Origin: Brevibacillus phage Sundance
Reading direction: 5' to 3' (one strand)
DNA length: 24,000 nucleotides
Sequence record: NC_028749.1
Shown: piece by piece, positions 1-8,488 of the stretch
How the letters are laid out: each line of letters begins with the position of its first letter
Numbering within the stretch: position 1 is the first letter of the stretch
Notes under the pieces: generated by a model
The model's input: the letters and a program-made list of their open reading frames with translations, nothing else
Told to the model about the DNA's origin: nothing
Databases searched by the model: none
Translations under genes and position numbers: made by a program

Positions 1-87
1 CTTTTTTCGTAGTGATGCGATAAATAATACGACAATGAAAAGTGTAGGGAAAGCAATAAAACCAACCAATACCCCTATCCAAAACAT
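1..87 (-). CDS. Partial small membrane protein running off the left edge (MFWIGVLVGFIAFPTLFIVVLFIASLRKK...)
   Basis: Open minus frame from ATG at 87 to the window edge; strongly hydrophobic. Confidence 0.5.
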   Translation of the reverse strand, partial: MFWIGVLVGFIAFPTLFIVVLFIASLRKK

Positions 88-140
88 GATATATTACACC
101 ACTCTCAATAGAAGATTTGTTTAATTTGGATTCACAGCAT

Positions 141-359
141 TTAGACAATTCGGAAATACTTATGAAAGCATTCATCATTTTCCCAATCTTTATTCTTTCT
201 TTCAGCAATTATGCGACTAACACCTTGCTCGTCTTGCACTACTAACTTTGTACCATCAATTTCAAATGCTGAATATCTAGCATTTTCGATAAAATATACT
301 ACTCCATCCACTTCTACCTGTTTAATGCAACGAATATCCATTTTATCCCTACTTCCCAC
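141..359 (-). CDS. Hypothetical phage protein, 72 aa
   Basis: ORF track; overlaps the next minus ORF by a few bases, same orientation as neighbours. Confidence 0.6.
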   Translation of the reverse strand: MGSRDKMDIRCIKQVEVDGVVYFIENARYSAFEIDGTKLVVQDEQGVSRIIAERKNKDWENDECFHKYFRIV

Positions 360-552
360 TCCACATATCTAATGCAGATTTCTTTATATAGTATTTTTCT
401 CCACCATATAGATAGACACTTGCTAATACTTCACCGTTTTCATCTCTCCAAACAACACTATCTGCAACAGTTACTACATGTGAATGAAATCCAGAAATAT
501 TGTCATAAGCCCAATTTAAAAACATACTATGAATATCTTTAGCTACTTCCAC
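349..552 (-). CDS. Hypothetical phage protein, 67 aa
   Basis: ORF track; overlaps downstream ORF. Confidence 0.6.
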   Translation of the reverse strand: MEVAKDIHSMFLNWAYDNISGFHSHVVTVADSVVWRDENGEVLASVYLYGGEKYYIKKSALDMWSGK

Positions 553-590
553 ACTCTCATCCCTTCTACAAAAAACAAAATATAATCCAT

Positions 591-638
591 TTTAAATGTA
601 AAAATACATGTATTTATATATGCATTTTTACATTTAAA
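591..638. repeat. Long AT-rich inverted repeat, 19-nt arms with one mismatch
   Basis: TTTAAATGTAAAAATACAT / ATGCATTTTTACATTTAAA, 10-nt loop; TTGACA (- strand) at 662-667. Confidence 0.6.
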
Positions 639-710
639 TATATTTGCACTTACACATGTATTGTCAACCTGAAATATTTCCATCAGTTGTGGGCAATACA
701 ACAAAATTCA

Positions 711-800
711 TTAACAATGATTACTTACTCGCTTTGCTTCATATCCTGCAAACCACGATTCAATTTCTTCTTTGATTGATTGTTCGACCTCTTTTTTCAT
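711..800 (-). CDS. Short ORF, 29 aa (MKKEVEQSIKEEIESWFAGYEAKRVSNHC), not in ORF track
   Basis: Read from sequence; GAGG Shine-Dalgarno about 8 nt before ATG. Confidence 0.4.
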   Translation of the reverse strand: MKKEVEQSIKEEIESWFAGYEAKRVSNHC

Positions 801-866
801 GTTATATACCTCTTTATGGTTTATTGTTTAAACTAGTTGAATAGAAAAGCGTCATCTTTTAGAATT

Positions 867-1148
867 TCATTCAGATTGTTCAATCTCAAAAGCATCTAAA
901 ATGCTAGGCAATTGATTGAATGAACTACTTGTTGTTTCACCTGTCTCAATATTCCTTACAGCAATGTAGGTTGCATATGACCCTCTGTTCCTGCCAGCAT
1001 ATTTGACAGGAACAGACATTTCAATTTTACTTCCTACTTTAAGATTCTCGAACATCTTAGCTTTAGTCTTACGATTGATTTTCGTAATTTTAAGGATGTT
1101 ACTACGCAACACAATGGAATCTTTATTTTCCATATTCATCAATCCCAT
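867..1148 (-). CDS. Hypothetical phage protein, about 93 aa
   Basis: ORF track; overlaps stop of the 676-aa gene, consistent with one operon. Confidence 0.7.
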   Translation of the reverse strand: MGLMNMENKDSIVLRSNILKITKINRKTKAKMFENLKVGSKIEMSVPVKYAGRNRGSYATYIAVRNIETGETTSSSFNQLPSILDAFEIEQSE

Positions 1149-3169
1149 CTGTCGATTTTGATAATTCGTGTGGAGTTATTTGCAGTTACTTTTACAACCA
1201 AGTTCCATTCGCTGTCTCTGGAATAGCCCACACCGCAAGCTGTCGCTTGTTCAACGCCCTCAATTGGAGTGTTCGCTGTGTACGCTTCCAGAGTCTTGCG
1301 AATCTCACGAAGTTCTGGCTTCAGAGTTTCAACAAAGAATCCTCGACCTTTTCCTTCTGATTTATCTTTGGCTCCTTCAAGCAGGAAGAAGATGTGATGC
1401 CCTACATGAGTAGATTTTTCTTCACCCCACAGATTAGGAGAGTTTGTAATACCTTTTACCTTCACAAAGTTGTTCACTGGAATCGCCCAAGCATCATCAG
1501 ATGTATAGCTTGTGCTAGTGATATTTGGTGCTTGACCTTTGATGTAATCGAATGTGAATACGACAACCTTCTGTTTGTCTCGCAAAGCATCACTGAATGT
1601 ATAGATTTTTCCTGCAACTTCCAGTTCAACCTTGAATGGTGTAATGTCATTTCCTCGTTCAGCAAAGTTGTGAACAAAGAACTGATAGCGTCCTTGTCGT
1701 GCTTGACCATTAGCCCAACGAATGTTTTCTACAGGATACATGGTTGTTCCACTTCCAGCATTCGCATCAACGTCAAGCCATCCTCCGCAACGACTACGCT
1801 TATGTGTGTAATCAATGCTTTCTCCACTTGGAGCAATTGCATGAAGGTCAAGGTCAGTGTAGCTTTCCCAAATCAGAGAGCAACGAATTTCGTTATTCTC
1901 ATATTGTCCTCCTGCATCCTCAACTCTACGCTTAATTTCTCCATCAATCCCACCATGATAGTACCAAGAGAAAGTGTTGTCCCATTGCAGAATGTTAGGA
2001 GCATCTTCATCAGAAGCAGTGACTAATGCCATTAGTCGATTAGGATTATCAACCATTACCTCAATGCTTTCTGCTGTTGGCAGTACAGTTCGGGAGAACT
2101 TGTCCCAAGTCATTACTGTAGTAGGTAGATTCATGATGTTGCTATGAACAGTTTGCTTTTCTTTAGGCGTAATGTTGCCAAACACTCCACCAGACTTCTT
2201 TACTTCCTCCTTGACAGTCTTTTTGCCCTGCCAGATGAATTGAGGAATTTCTTCATATGTCGCATATCTACGCTTCAAGGATTCAGAAAACCCAAGCTTC
2301 TCAACAATTTTTTCAGCTTGTTGAATATTGCCTTGCGTTGGTGCAGATTGCGCTCTCATGTAGTTGGATGGATTCATTTTCTCTGCAAATCTACGCGAGA
2401 TTACATCAATAGAATATCCACTCACGATATCATCAAGTAATGTACCAATCATGCTACTCTTGATATGGCAAAAGCCAGATGGTGCAGTGGCTACAGCCAA
2501 CCAAGTGATATTATCTCGCTTTCTACTATTTTTGGCATTTATACGTTTGTTGTGTAGTTCCTGAACAAATTTGGCAACACCAAGCACTCTGTCAGAGCGA
2601 TAAAGTGTTTCAGATTCCAGAAGTGTTACAGCTTGATTTACAGCTTCAAGTGGATACTCTATAAGTCCAGAAACCAGAATCCGAAAATCTTCTTTCTTTT
2701 CTGCCATTTCCTGTCCAGCAGTTTTCAGCATGGAACGATGAACTTTTTCTGTTGGGAGTGTTACTGACATATGTTCCCACCCACCAAAAGTAGGTGTACC
2801 AAGAACTCTTTCACTCGAAACAAATACTCCTTTTACTCTCGAAGCAAGCACAATTTTCTTCATTGCTTTAACAGCTTTAAGGAAGAATTTTGGAGTTTCT
2901 TCTTCGTCCCACAAAACTGAACTTAATTCGCCATTCTCGAAAATCGAAACTAGACCACCAAAACGCTCTACAAAATTTTTGCAACATCTGCAAGTATAGT
3001 GTTGTCGTGCATTTTCTGGCAAATTTTCAAGGAAGATTTCGAACAGATTTTCTGCATCTGTTGTGAAGAGAGGTTTATCATTAAAGCTTGCAAATCTTTC
3101 CTTGATTGCTTCGCTAAATTGTGGATAGTTATCGTTATGGCTGTCAATTGTTGTGTAGATGTTTGTCAT
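1139..3169 (-). CDS. Large phage protein, 676 aa; N-terminal part of unknown function, C-terminal region resembling a beta-sandwich 'SLIWESYTDLDLHAIAPSGESIDY...' module (YfaP/DUF2135-like)
   Basis: Long ORF; motif WxxxxDLDLHAxxPSG...GGxLDVDANAG...EN resembles DUF2135-type domains (recalled, not searched). Confidence 0.85.
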   Translation of the reverse strand: MTNIYTTIDSHNDNYPQFSEAIKERFASFNDKPLFTTDAENLFEIFLENLPENARQHYTCRCCKNFVERFGGLVSIFENGELSSVLWDEEETPKFFLKAVKAMKKIVLASRVKGVFVSSERVLGTPTFGGWEHMSVTLPTEKVHRSMLKTAGQEMAEKKEDFRILVSGLIEYPLEAVNQAVTLLESETLYRSDRVLGVAKFVQELHNKRINAKNSRKRDNITWLAVATAPSGFCHIKSSMIGTLLDDIVSGYSIDVISRRFAEKMNPSNYMRAQSAPTQGNIQQAEKIVEKLGFSESLKRRYATYEEIPQFIWQGKKTVKEEVKKSGGVFGNITPKEKQTVHSNIMNLPTTVMTWDKFSRTVLPTAESIEVMVDNPNRLMALVTASDEDAPNILQWDNTFSWYYHGGIDGEIKRRVEDAGGQYENNEIRCSLIWESYTDLDLHAIAPSGESIDYTHKRSRCGGWLDVDANAGSGTTMYPVENIRWANGQARQGRYQFFVHNFAERGNDITPFKVELEVAGKIYTFSDALRDKQKVVVFTFDYIKGQAPNITSTSYTSDDAWAIPVNNFVKVKGITNSPNLWGEEKSTHVGHHIFFLLEGAKDKSEGKGRGFFVETLKPELREIRKTLEAYTANTPIEGVEQATACGVGYSRDSEWNLVVKVTANNSTRIIKIDRWD

Positions 3170-3334
3170 TAGAAATACACTCTCCTTTTAATGTTTGCAT
3201 ATTCTCAAAGTGTTACATAATTTCCTTGTAGCCCTTTCTCTGCCATCTAAATCAATATGTGTAGGGAACAATTTTTGCACGTTGCCAAACTGGTGAATGG
3301 TTTAAATCTGACTTGACACTCTTACTAATTGGAA

Positions 3335-3556
3335 CTACTTTTTGGTTGTAGGCAAGCATTCTAAGCACTCCTTCATAGAAGAGAAAGTAAAGGAAAGAAA
3401 TGATATCGCCAAGCAGATTAATAACCATATGATACTTGAATTAGGAAGTATATAATTATTAAATGCTACCTCATAAGCATAGTAAATGCTATGTCCTGAA
3501 AGGATTAAAGTTAACAGACTATAAATGATATTAAAATAAAATTTCCCCACAAACAA
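3335..3556 (-). CDS. Small two-helix membrane protein, 73 aa
   Basis: ORF with two hydrophobic segments. Confidence 0.65.
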   Translation of the reverse strand: MFVGKFYFNIIYSLLTLILSGHSIYYAYEVAFNNYILPNSSIIWLLICLAISFLSFTFSSMKECLECLPTTKK

Positions 3557-3565
3557 AACCTCCTA

Positions 3566-3850
3566 TCATCTAATAAATTCAGCTAATTTAGCTTGGAGTT
3601 TTTTATTCATTTCCATTTCATCGAATGCTTTATCGCGATTACGTTCAATTTCAATAGCCTTCTGAGTTTCTTCATCAATCACCTGTTGAAGCTGATTATT
3701 GATATCTTCCAATTCATCATGGGTCTTCTTAAATGATTCTAACAAACCAACTGCTTGCTCACTTAATACTTGTACTTTCATGTCATTTGTCATTTTTGAA
3801 AGCTTTGCCCTTTTTGCCAACCCTTTTATACGCTTCAACAATTCAACCAT
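3566..3850 (-). CDS. Coiled-coil protein, 94 aa
   Basis: ORF with heptad-like charged helix (HDELEDINNQLQQVIDEETQKAIEIERNRD). Confidence 0.7.
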   Translation of the reverse strand: MVELLKRIKGLAKRAKLSKMTNDMKVQVLSEQAVGLLESFKKTHDELEDINNQLQQVIDEETQKAIEIERNRDKAFDEMEMNKKLQAKLAEFIR

Positions 3851-3854
3851 CTCC

Positions 3855-4193
3855 CTATTTTTGTTGGATTTTTTTTATAATACCAAGATGTTTAAATTCT
3901 GCTTTGATGATGTTCGCTTTATGCGTCACTGTGTCATCATAGTGCTTTTTTACTTTGTCGCTAATCTTATGGTATGGCGTTTCTGTGTCTCGCCATACTG
4001 TCAGTACAAGACCTGTTTTGCTAATCAAAAGATTAATGTCTTGGTAGCGTATAATGTAATCACCAGATGCATAGATATGTGACATCTTACCCATTGAGAT
4101 TGCTCTATAGATTTTGTATGTAGTACGTCTAATACCTTCTTTTTTATTGCAAATCTGATTCCATTGTCCAATTGCTACGCCACTAATTTTCAT
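3855..4193 (-). CDS. Hypothetical protein, 112 aa
   Basis: ORF with GGAGG ribosome binding site upstream of ATG. Confidence 0.7.
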   Translation of the reverse strand: MKISGVAIGQWNQICNKKEGIRRTTYKIYRAISMGKMSHIYASGDYIIRYQDINLLISKTGLVLTVWRDTETPYHKISDKVKKHYDDTVTHKANIIKAEFKHLGIIKKIQQK

Positions 4194-4212
4194 GTTTTTA
4201 TTCCTCCACTTC

Positions 4213-4245
4213 GTACTGTAGGAGAGGGAAAGTCCCCTACAGTAC
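4213..4245 (-). repeat. Intergenic hairpin GTACTGTAGG-N13-CCTACAGTAC
   Basis: Perfect 10-bp inverted repeat between ATPase gene and next gene. Confidence 0.65.
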
Positions 4246-4256
4246 TTTATTTGGCT

Positions 4257-5345
4257 TTATATAAGGATTTGGTTGCAGATAGCTACACCTTTTTCAAACT
4301 GCTCGATTTCAGTGTACTTCTTGTAGTTGATAGAACCAACTTTCGATTTTAGTTCCACTTTCAATTGTTTCTTCTGGTCTTCGTTCATTTTGCCAATCAA
4401 TGCATCTAATTGAGCAATATAATCATCAGGAGTCTTCTCAGGATTACCAGCCTCTTCTTGAACATAGTCCTGAGCCTTTTCTTCACGTTCCTGTTCTTGC
4501 GTTTGCTTTGCGGTATCTACAGCTTTCTCATCGCCATCGTAGGCTTCCAAAACGGCTTTTTCAAACGTTTCCAAGAACAAATCAACATCATACTCGATTT
4601 TGTTCGGAACATTCTCAAATCGGCTTCCTGCTTCGATATCGCCATCACTACGGAAATGAATATAACGATTCTCGTTTACCAAACCATTAACCACTTCCTT
4701 GTCGATAGAAATGTAGATGATAAAGTCGGACATGTTGACGAACAAATTCCGCGCACGTTCTGGAAGAGTCACAGTTGTCTTGTCGTAGGATTGACCATTT
4801 TTCAGTTCAATTTTTTTCTCTTTATCATGTGTAATCATAAATAGACCGTACCCTGCATTCACCAGACGTTTAATTTGCTTATCGACTTCTTCTTCTACCA
4901 TTACGTGACCTTGACCCCAAGGCACATCATTAATAGCTTTAATCTTTGCGTCCTTACGTGCAATACGTTCACGTTTGATGATATATTCTGTAGCATATTT
5001 GTACATGTAGTCCAGAGTATCAAATGCAATAAATTTGTAAGAGACTTTCCCACGATTTTCAACCAACTGACCTACAACCTCTTGGAACTGTTCCCAAGCA
5101 CCGCGCTTTTCTTCGGGATTTTCACTTGGTACTGCAACAGCATGAATACCACGCAACGCCTTAAACCCTTTTTCAAAGCCAATTAGTAACGCCTTATCCA
5201 GCCCACCAATGTAATCTGTTTGTGCAAGTTTGTAGAACAATGTTGTTTTCCCTGCTTTGCCTACTCCGTAGACCAAAAAGATGTAGTCGAACAGGATTGC
5301 TCTTGGTTGGTTAGGCTGGATATTAAGTACGTTAATCATTTTCAC
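4257..5345 (-). CDS. P-loop AAA/RecA-like phage ATPase (Sak4/'nucleotide-binding protein' type), 362 aa
   Basis: Walker A GVGKAGKTTLFYKL near N-terminus; FIAFDTLDYM Walker-B-like segment; adjacent to OB-fold/SSB-like gene. Confidence 0.8.
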   Translation of the reverse strand: MKMINVLNIQPNQPRAILFDYIFLVYGVGKAGKTTLFYKLAQTDYIGGLDKALLIGFEKGFKALRGIHAVAVPSENPEEKRGAWEQFQEVVGQLVENRGKVSYKFIAFDTLDYMYKYATEYIIKRERIARKDAKIKAINDVPWGQGHVMVEEEVDKQIKRLVNAGYGLFMITHDKEKKIELKNGQSYDKTTVTLPERARNLFVNMSDFIIYISIDKEVVNGLVNENRYIHFRSDGDIEAGSRFENVPNKIEYDVDLFLETFEKAVLEAYDGDEKAVDTAKQTQEQEREEKAQDYVQEEAGNPEKTPDDYIAQLDALIGKMNEDQKKQLKVELKSKVGSINYKKYTEIEQFEKGVAICNQILI

Positions 5346-5376
5346 ATTACCCCTTTGGTTTCAATTTTTAATTGAA

Positions 5377-5426
5377 GTACCAGAGGGGAAAGCAAGACAT
5401 CCTTATCTCCCTTCCCCTCAAAGTAC
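5377..5426 (-). repeat. Intergenic hairpin GTACCAGAGGGGAA...TTCCCCTCAAAGTAC
   Basis: 8-bp GAGGGGAA/TTCCCCTC stem framed by GTAC/GTAC. Confidence 0.6.
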
Positions 5427-5458
5427 TTTATTTGGCTTTAGATTATAGCCTAATAAAA

Positions 5459-6514
5459 TTACTCGAAAGGAAGGTCATCAATTTCTTCTTCATTACTAGG
5501 AAGTTCATCATTATCATCGTTGAAATCGTCGCCTGTGTCCTCATCATCTACGTTGCCATTGAAGTTGTCCTCATCTTCACTTTCAAGGTCGCCCTCATTA
5601 TATTTTTTAGGCTCGTAGGTTGAGGAATCCACACTGGTAATCCGAAGCTCTTGGAGATAGTCACGAATGTAGTTGTTTTCGAAATCTTTTTTGATTTCGT
5701 CATCTCCACCCCAATCATCCTCATCTACAGTCGTATCTTCTGTGTTTTCAGTGAGGATTACAGAGTTGATGATGTGACCAAAAACTTTAATGAAGTCTCC
5801 ATAAGAAAAGCGATTTGCCATGTTATTTGCAAGTTTCGGATAATCGTTTGCATTTACCACAAACGTTGCATTTGCAGTTTCACCGCCATACTTGATTACC
5901 TTCGCGCTCACAATAAGCGTGTTTTTCTCTTCGTCTTTCATCGTGTCTGTAACAACTATTTCCTGCTCGAATTTCGATTCTTCTTTGAAATCAGGAGAGT
6001 CGAAGTCAAGTGCTTCATCAAGCTTTGTGATGGAATTGAAATTGAACTTCTGTGTTTCTTTTTTCTTGCCTTGTTTGTCTTCATATTCTTGGAAGTCAAT
6101 TTGACCGCCAATACGAACCACATCACCATCTTTCAGATTGGATACAATGTAATCAATAGCATCGTATTCAACCATAACTTTTCGAATATTCTTTCCATCT
6201 TCACCTTTTTCAAGGTACAAGTTTACACCTAACACTTTGTAGTCGCCATGATTGTCATTGCGTTTCGCCCAATCAATCTTCTTCGTTGTTTTCGCCTTCT
6301 GACTGTATGCACTAACTTGGTCTTTGACCATGCCAAACAGCTCAATCTTCACGCGATTCGACTTAGATGTTTGAATGAAAAACGTAATCGACTTGTATGC
6401 CTTCTCAGATGTTTTGGTGTACCCTTCTCGTTTGGCGTTCTCGTTACTAATTCCAGTAACAACCCCCACCAATTTGATTTTACCTTTGGTTTGTTCTAGT
6501 GCTGTTTTGCTCAC
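5459..6514 (-). CDS. OB-fold / ssDNA-binding-like protein with acidic C-terminal tail ending EEEIDDLPFE
   Basis: ORF track gives 5459..6556 with a TTG start; GTG at 6514 has a better RBS (GGAGAG). Body has OB-like strand pattern; tail resembles SSB acidic tips. Confidence 0.75.
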   Translation of the reverse strand: MSKTALEQTKGKIKLVGVVTGISNENAKREGYTKTSEKAYKSITFFIQTSKSNRVKIELFGMVKDQVSAYSQKAKTTKKIDWAKRNDNHGDYKVLGVNLYLEKGEDGKNIRKVMVEYDAIDYIVSNLKDGDVVRIGGQIDFQEYEDKQGKKKETQKFNFNSITKLDEALDFDSPDFKEESKFEQEIVVTDTMKDEEKNTLIVSAKVIKYGGETANATFVVNANDYPKLANNMANRFSYGDFIKVFGHIINSVILTENTEDTTVDEDDWGGDDEIKKDFENNYIRDYLQELRITSVDSSTYEPKKYNEGDLESEDEDNFNGNVDDEDTGDDFNDDNDELPSNEEEIDDLPFE

Positions 6515-6652
6515 TTGTACATCTCTCCGTAACGTATGTGTATTTGGTAGCCCCAACCGACTGCCACCATTTGCCCAAACCTTACGTTTGAACCCTTAAT
6601 GTTAGGAGATAGTACTTTATTTAGCTTTTTATGATTTTATTAAATCGGTGAG

Positions 6653-6674
6653 GACGGTTATTGATACAACCGTC
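6653..6674 (-). repeat. GC-rich hairpin GACGGTT-N8-AACCGTC
   Basis: Perfect 7-bp inverted repeat in the intergenic leader. Confidence 0.5.
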
Positions 6675-6747
6675 GCCCCCGACATAATCATAATACTATA
6701 TTTGGCTTTTGTAGTCAACAGTTAATTTTAAATTTCTTTTCTGCTAT

Positions 6748-6776
6748 TATATTAACATAGACAATCAACTATGTAA
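6748..6776 (-). promoter_or_regulatory. Putative sigmaA promoter for the replication block: TTTACA-N17-TAATAT
   Basis: Direct reading of minus strand; spacer contains inverted repeat CATAG-N8-CTATG. Confidence 0.45.
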
Positions 6777-6825
6777 AGCAGTCATTGTCTTTGGCTGTGT
6801 GTTTGTAAAATATACCGTTTACACA

Positions 6826-7272
6826 TTATCCGAATCTGAACTCAATCAGAGTAACAAGTTCGGATAATGTGTAGTCTGCTCTATTCTTTGAAACATATTT
6901 GTACATGCCTTCAAGTGTTAACTTCCTATTTTCTAAGATAGGTAATATTTTATTTAGTTTTTCTTTGTCAAACATGCCACCAAATAATTTATCCATGCAC
7001 ACCTTCTTCTGTTCATATGTACTCGCGTCTATGTAGTCTTTTGAGAAGTCAGCGTATGTTTGATACAAACTTCTTTCCTTCATGTAAACTTTAAATCTAC
7101 TTACTAAGCTTAACTGAGTCCGAAATCGACCATCGTTTTCGGTCAGGTATTTACGAAAAACACCCATATTGTTTTCGTCCCCAATTGTGTCAACTAAGTC
7201 TTGAAGGAGATTTCCCTCAAACCCGATATCTTTCAATTCGTTGACCCATTGGCAATTCACTGACTCGACCAT
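6826..7272 (-). CDS. Hypothetical phage protein, 148 aa
   Basis: ORF track; first minus gene of the divergent immunity region. Confidence 0.75.
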   Translation of the reverse strand: MVESVNCQWVNELKDIGFEGNLLQDLVDTIGDENNMGVFRKYLTENDGRFRTQLSLVSRFKVYMKERSLYQTYADFSKDYIDASTYEQKKVCMDKLFGGMFDKEKLNKILPILENRKLTLEGMYKYVSKNRADYTLSELVTLIEFRFG

Positions 7273-7394
7273 TATTTTTCCCCTCTCTTGTTGTGTGTGT
7301 TATGTTAGGTATTTTGGCTTATGACCGTAGTTAGATTGTACCACAATTGCGAACAAAAGGGAACATACGTTTCCGTCTAACAATGGACAATTTG

Positions 7395-7424
7395 ATTATA
7401 CTTTAAACCGTAAGGTTTAATCAA
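7395..7424 (-). promoter_or_regulatory. Strong minus-strand promoter TTGATT-N18-TATAAT with palindromic operator TTAAACC-GTAA-GGTTTAA in the spacer (7403-7420)
   Basis: Hexamers read directly; spacer is almost entirely an inverted repeat. Confidence 0.65.
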
Positions 7425-7441
7425 TAGCCAAATTATTCTTA

Positions 7442-7453
7442 TTTACATGTAAA
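7442..7453. promoter_or_regulatory. Perfect palindrome TTTACATGTAAA between divergent promoters
   Basis: 12-bp perfect palindrome between the two putative promoters. Confidence 0.5.
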
Positions 7454-7485
7454 TACTACCAGTACCACACAACTGAAAATTTTAT

Positions 7486-7493
7486 GCTATAAT
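7486..7493 (+). promoter_or_regulatory. Extended -10 promoter (TGCTATAAT) for the XRE gene
   Basis: TG-N-TATAAT about 55 bp upstream of ATG at 7551; good RBS GGAGG before the ATG. Confidence 0.5.
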
Positions 7494-7550
7494 GTGAAAT
7501 TGCTAGTATGCTAAAAGGTTAAACCATTCGGTTTTGCTTAGGAGGTAATT

Positions 7551-7988
7551 ATGGCTGAAACACTGAGTAATAAGCACCTGAGTTTAGAACATACCCGCAC
7601 AGAGAAAGAGCAGAGACGGCAAGAATTTGGTATGTTCGTAAAAAATCTACGTAAACAGAACTATAAAACTATAGAAGACGTTGCAAAACATATAGGAGTC
7701 TCTATCAATTTTATCAGCCTGATTGAACGCGGTCAAAAACAACCAAGCGACCTCGTTATCAGTGGATATGCTGAGTATTTTGGGGTCGATGAAATTCTGT
7801 TATATGAAAAGCTGGATAAATTGTCACCTCACATAAAGAATACGCTCAAAGAGCATTCTGGTTTCAAAAAGCTAGTTTCGGAATTACTCGTGACAGTTGA
7901 CAATCCAGAACTTAGACAGGAGCTGTATGAAGAGGTTTACAATGTCTATAAAGACTTCTTAGACCGTCACAATATAACCAAGGAGTGA
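7551..7988 (+). CDS. XRE/Cro-CI family transcriptional regulator, 145 aa
   Basis: Classic HTH_3: FVKNLRKQNYKTIEDVAKHIGVSINFISLIERGQKQPSDLVISGYAEYFGV. Confidence 0.92.
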   Translation: MAETLSNKHLSLEHTRTEKEQRRQEFGMFVKNLRKQNYKTIEDVAKHIGVSINFISLIERGQKQPSDLVISGYAEYFGVDEILLYEKLDKLSPHIKNTLKEHSGFKKLVSELLVTVDNPELRQELYEEVYNVYKDFLDRHNITKE

Positions 7989-7995
7989 TTTCCTG

Positions 7996-8433
7996 TTGGA
8001 AATATGCTACGAAGCATTTTTTAAGTTCCTATCAAAGTATATAGGATATATTAATACTGTAAGAGTCGAAGATACATTTCAAATACTTGTAGCTTTACTA
8101 GTAGGATATATCATTGGGCACTTACGGATGGTTTGTCTTATAAAAAGAGAATACAAATTTACCGATAAACTTAAAAATTTTGTTTATCAGGTAAATGAAT
8201 GTGGTGATGTCATTGAGTACACCTTTCGAAAACCAACAAATTTCTTAGAACGTTTGCAGTTCCTAGTTGGCTTATATGCAGTTAGGTTTAAAAATCGAAA
8301 TAAGAGACTTTCTTTGTCAACAGCAAACAAAGCGATTTTTATAATGTGTGTTATCTTCATAATACTGACCTCTCTTCTTATGTTAGCTTTTCTTCTTGCA
8401 TATAATGTTACACTTGCAGAAGACATTACATAA
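7996..8433 (+). CDS. Membrane protein, 145 aa, coupled to the XRE gene
   Basis: ORF begins 7 bp after the XRE stop; hydrophobic segments near N- and C-termini. Confidence 0.75.
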   Translation: MEICYEAFFKFLSKYIGYINTVRVEDTFQILVALLVGYIIGHLRMVCLIKREYKFTDKLKNFVYQVNECGDVIEYTFRKPTNFLERLQFLVGLYAVRFKNRNKRLSLSTANKAIFIMCVIFIILTSLLMLAFLLAYNVTLAEDIT

Positions 8434-8441
8434 TAAATGCA

Positions 8442-8484
8442 AAATAGAGGAATAAATGCCCATTTAGCATTTATTCCTCTATTT
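8442..8484. terminator. Bidirectional terminator/hairpin between convergent genes
   Basis: Perfect 18-bp inverted repeat AAATAGAGGAATAAATGC / GCATTTATTCCTCTATTT, 7-nt loop. Confidence 0.75.
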
Positions 8485-8488
8485 ATAA

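Noticed and set aside
1168-2564. Plus-strand ORFs antisense to the 676-aa gene (and similarly 4400-5186, 5651-6599, 8877-9107, 10457-11084)
   Set aside because: Fully overlapped by much better-supported minus-strand genes; composition looks like antisense frames of coding DNA.
7360-7374. LexA/DinR box candidate GGAACATACGTTTCC in the immunity region
   Set aside because: Only partial match to CGAAC-N4-GTTCG; worth testing but not supportable alone.
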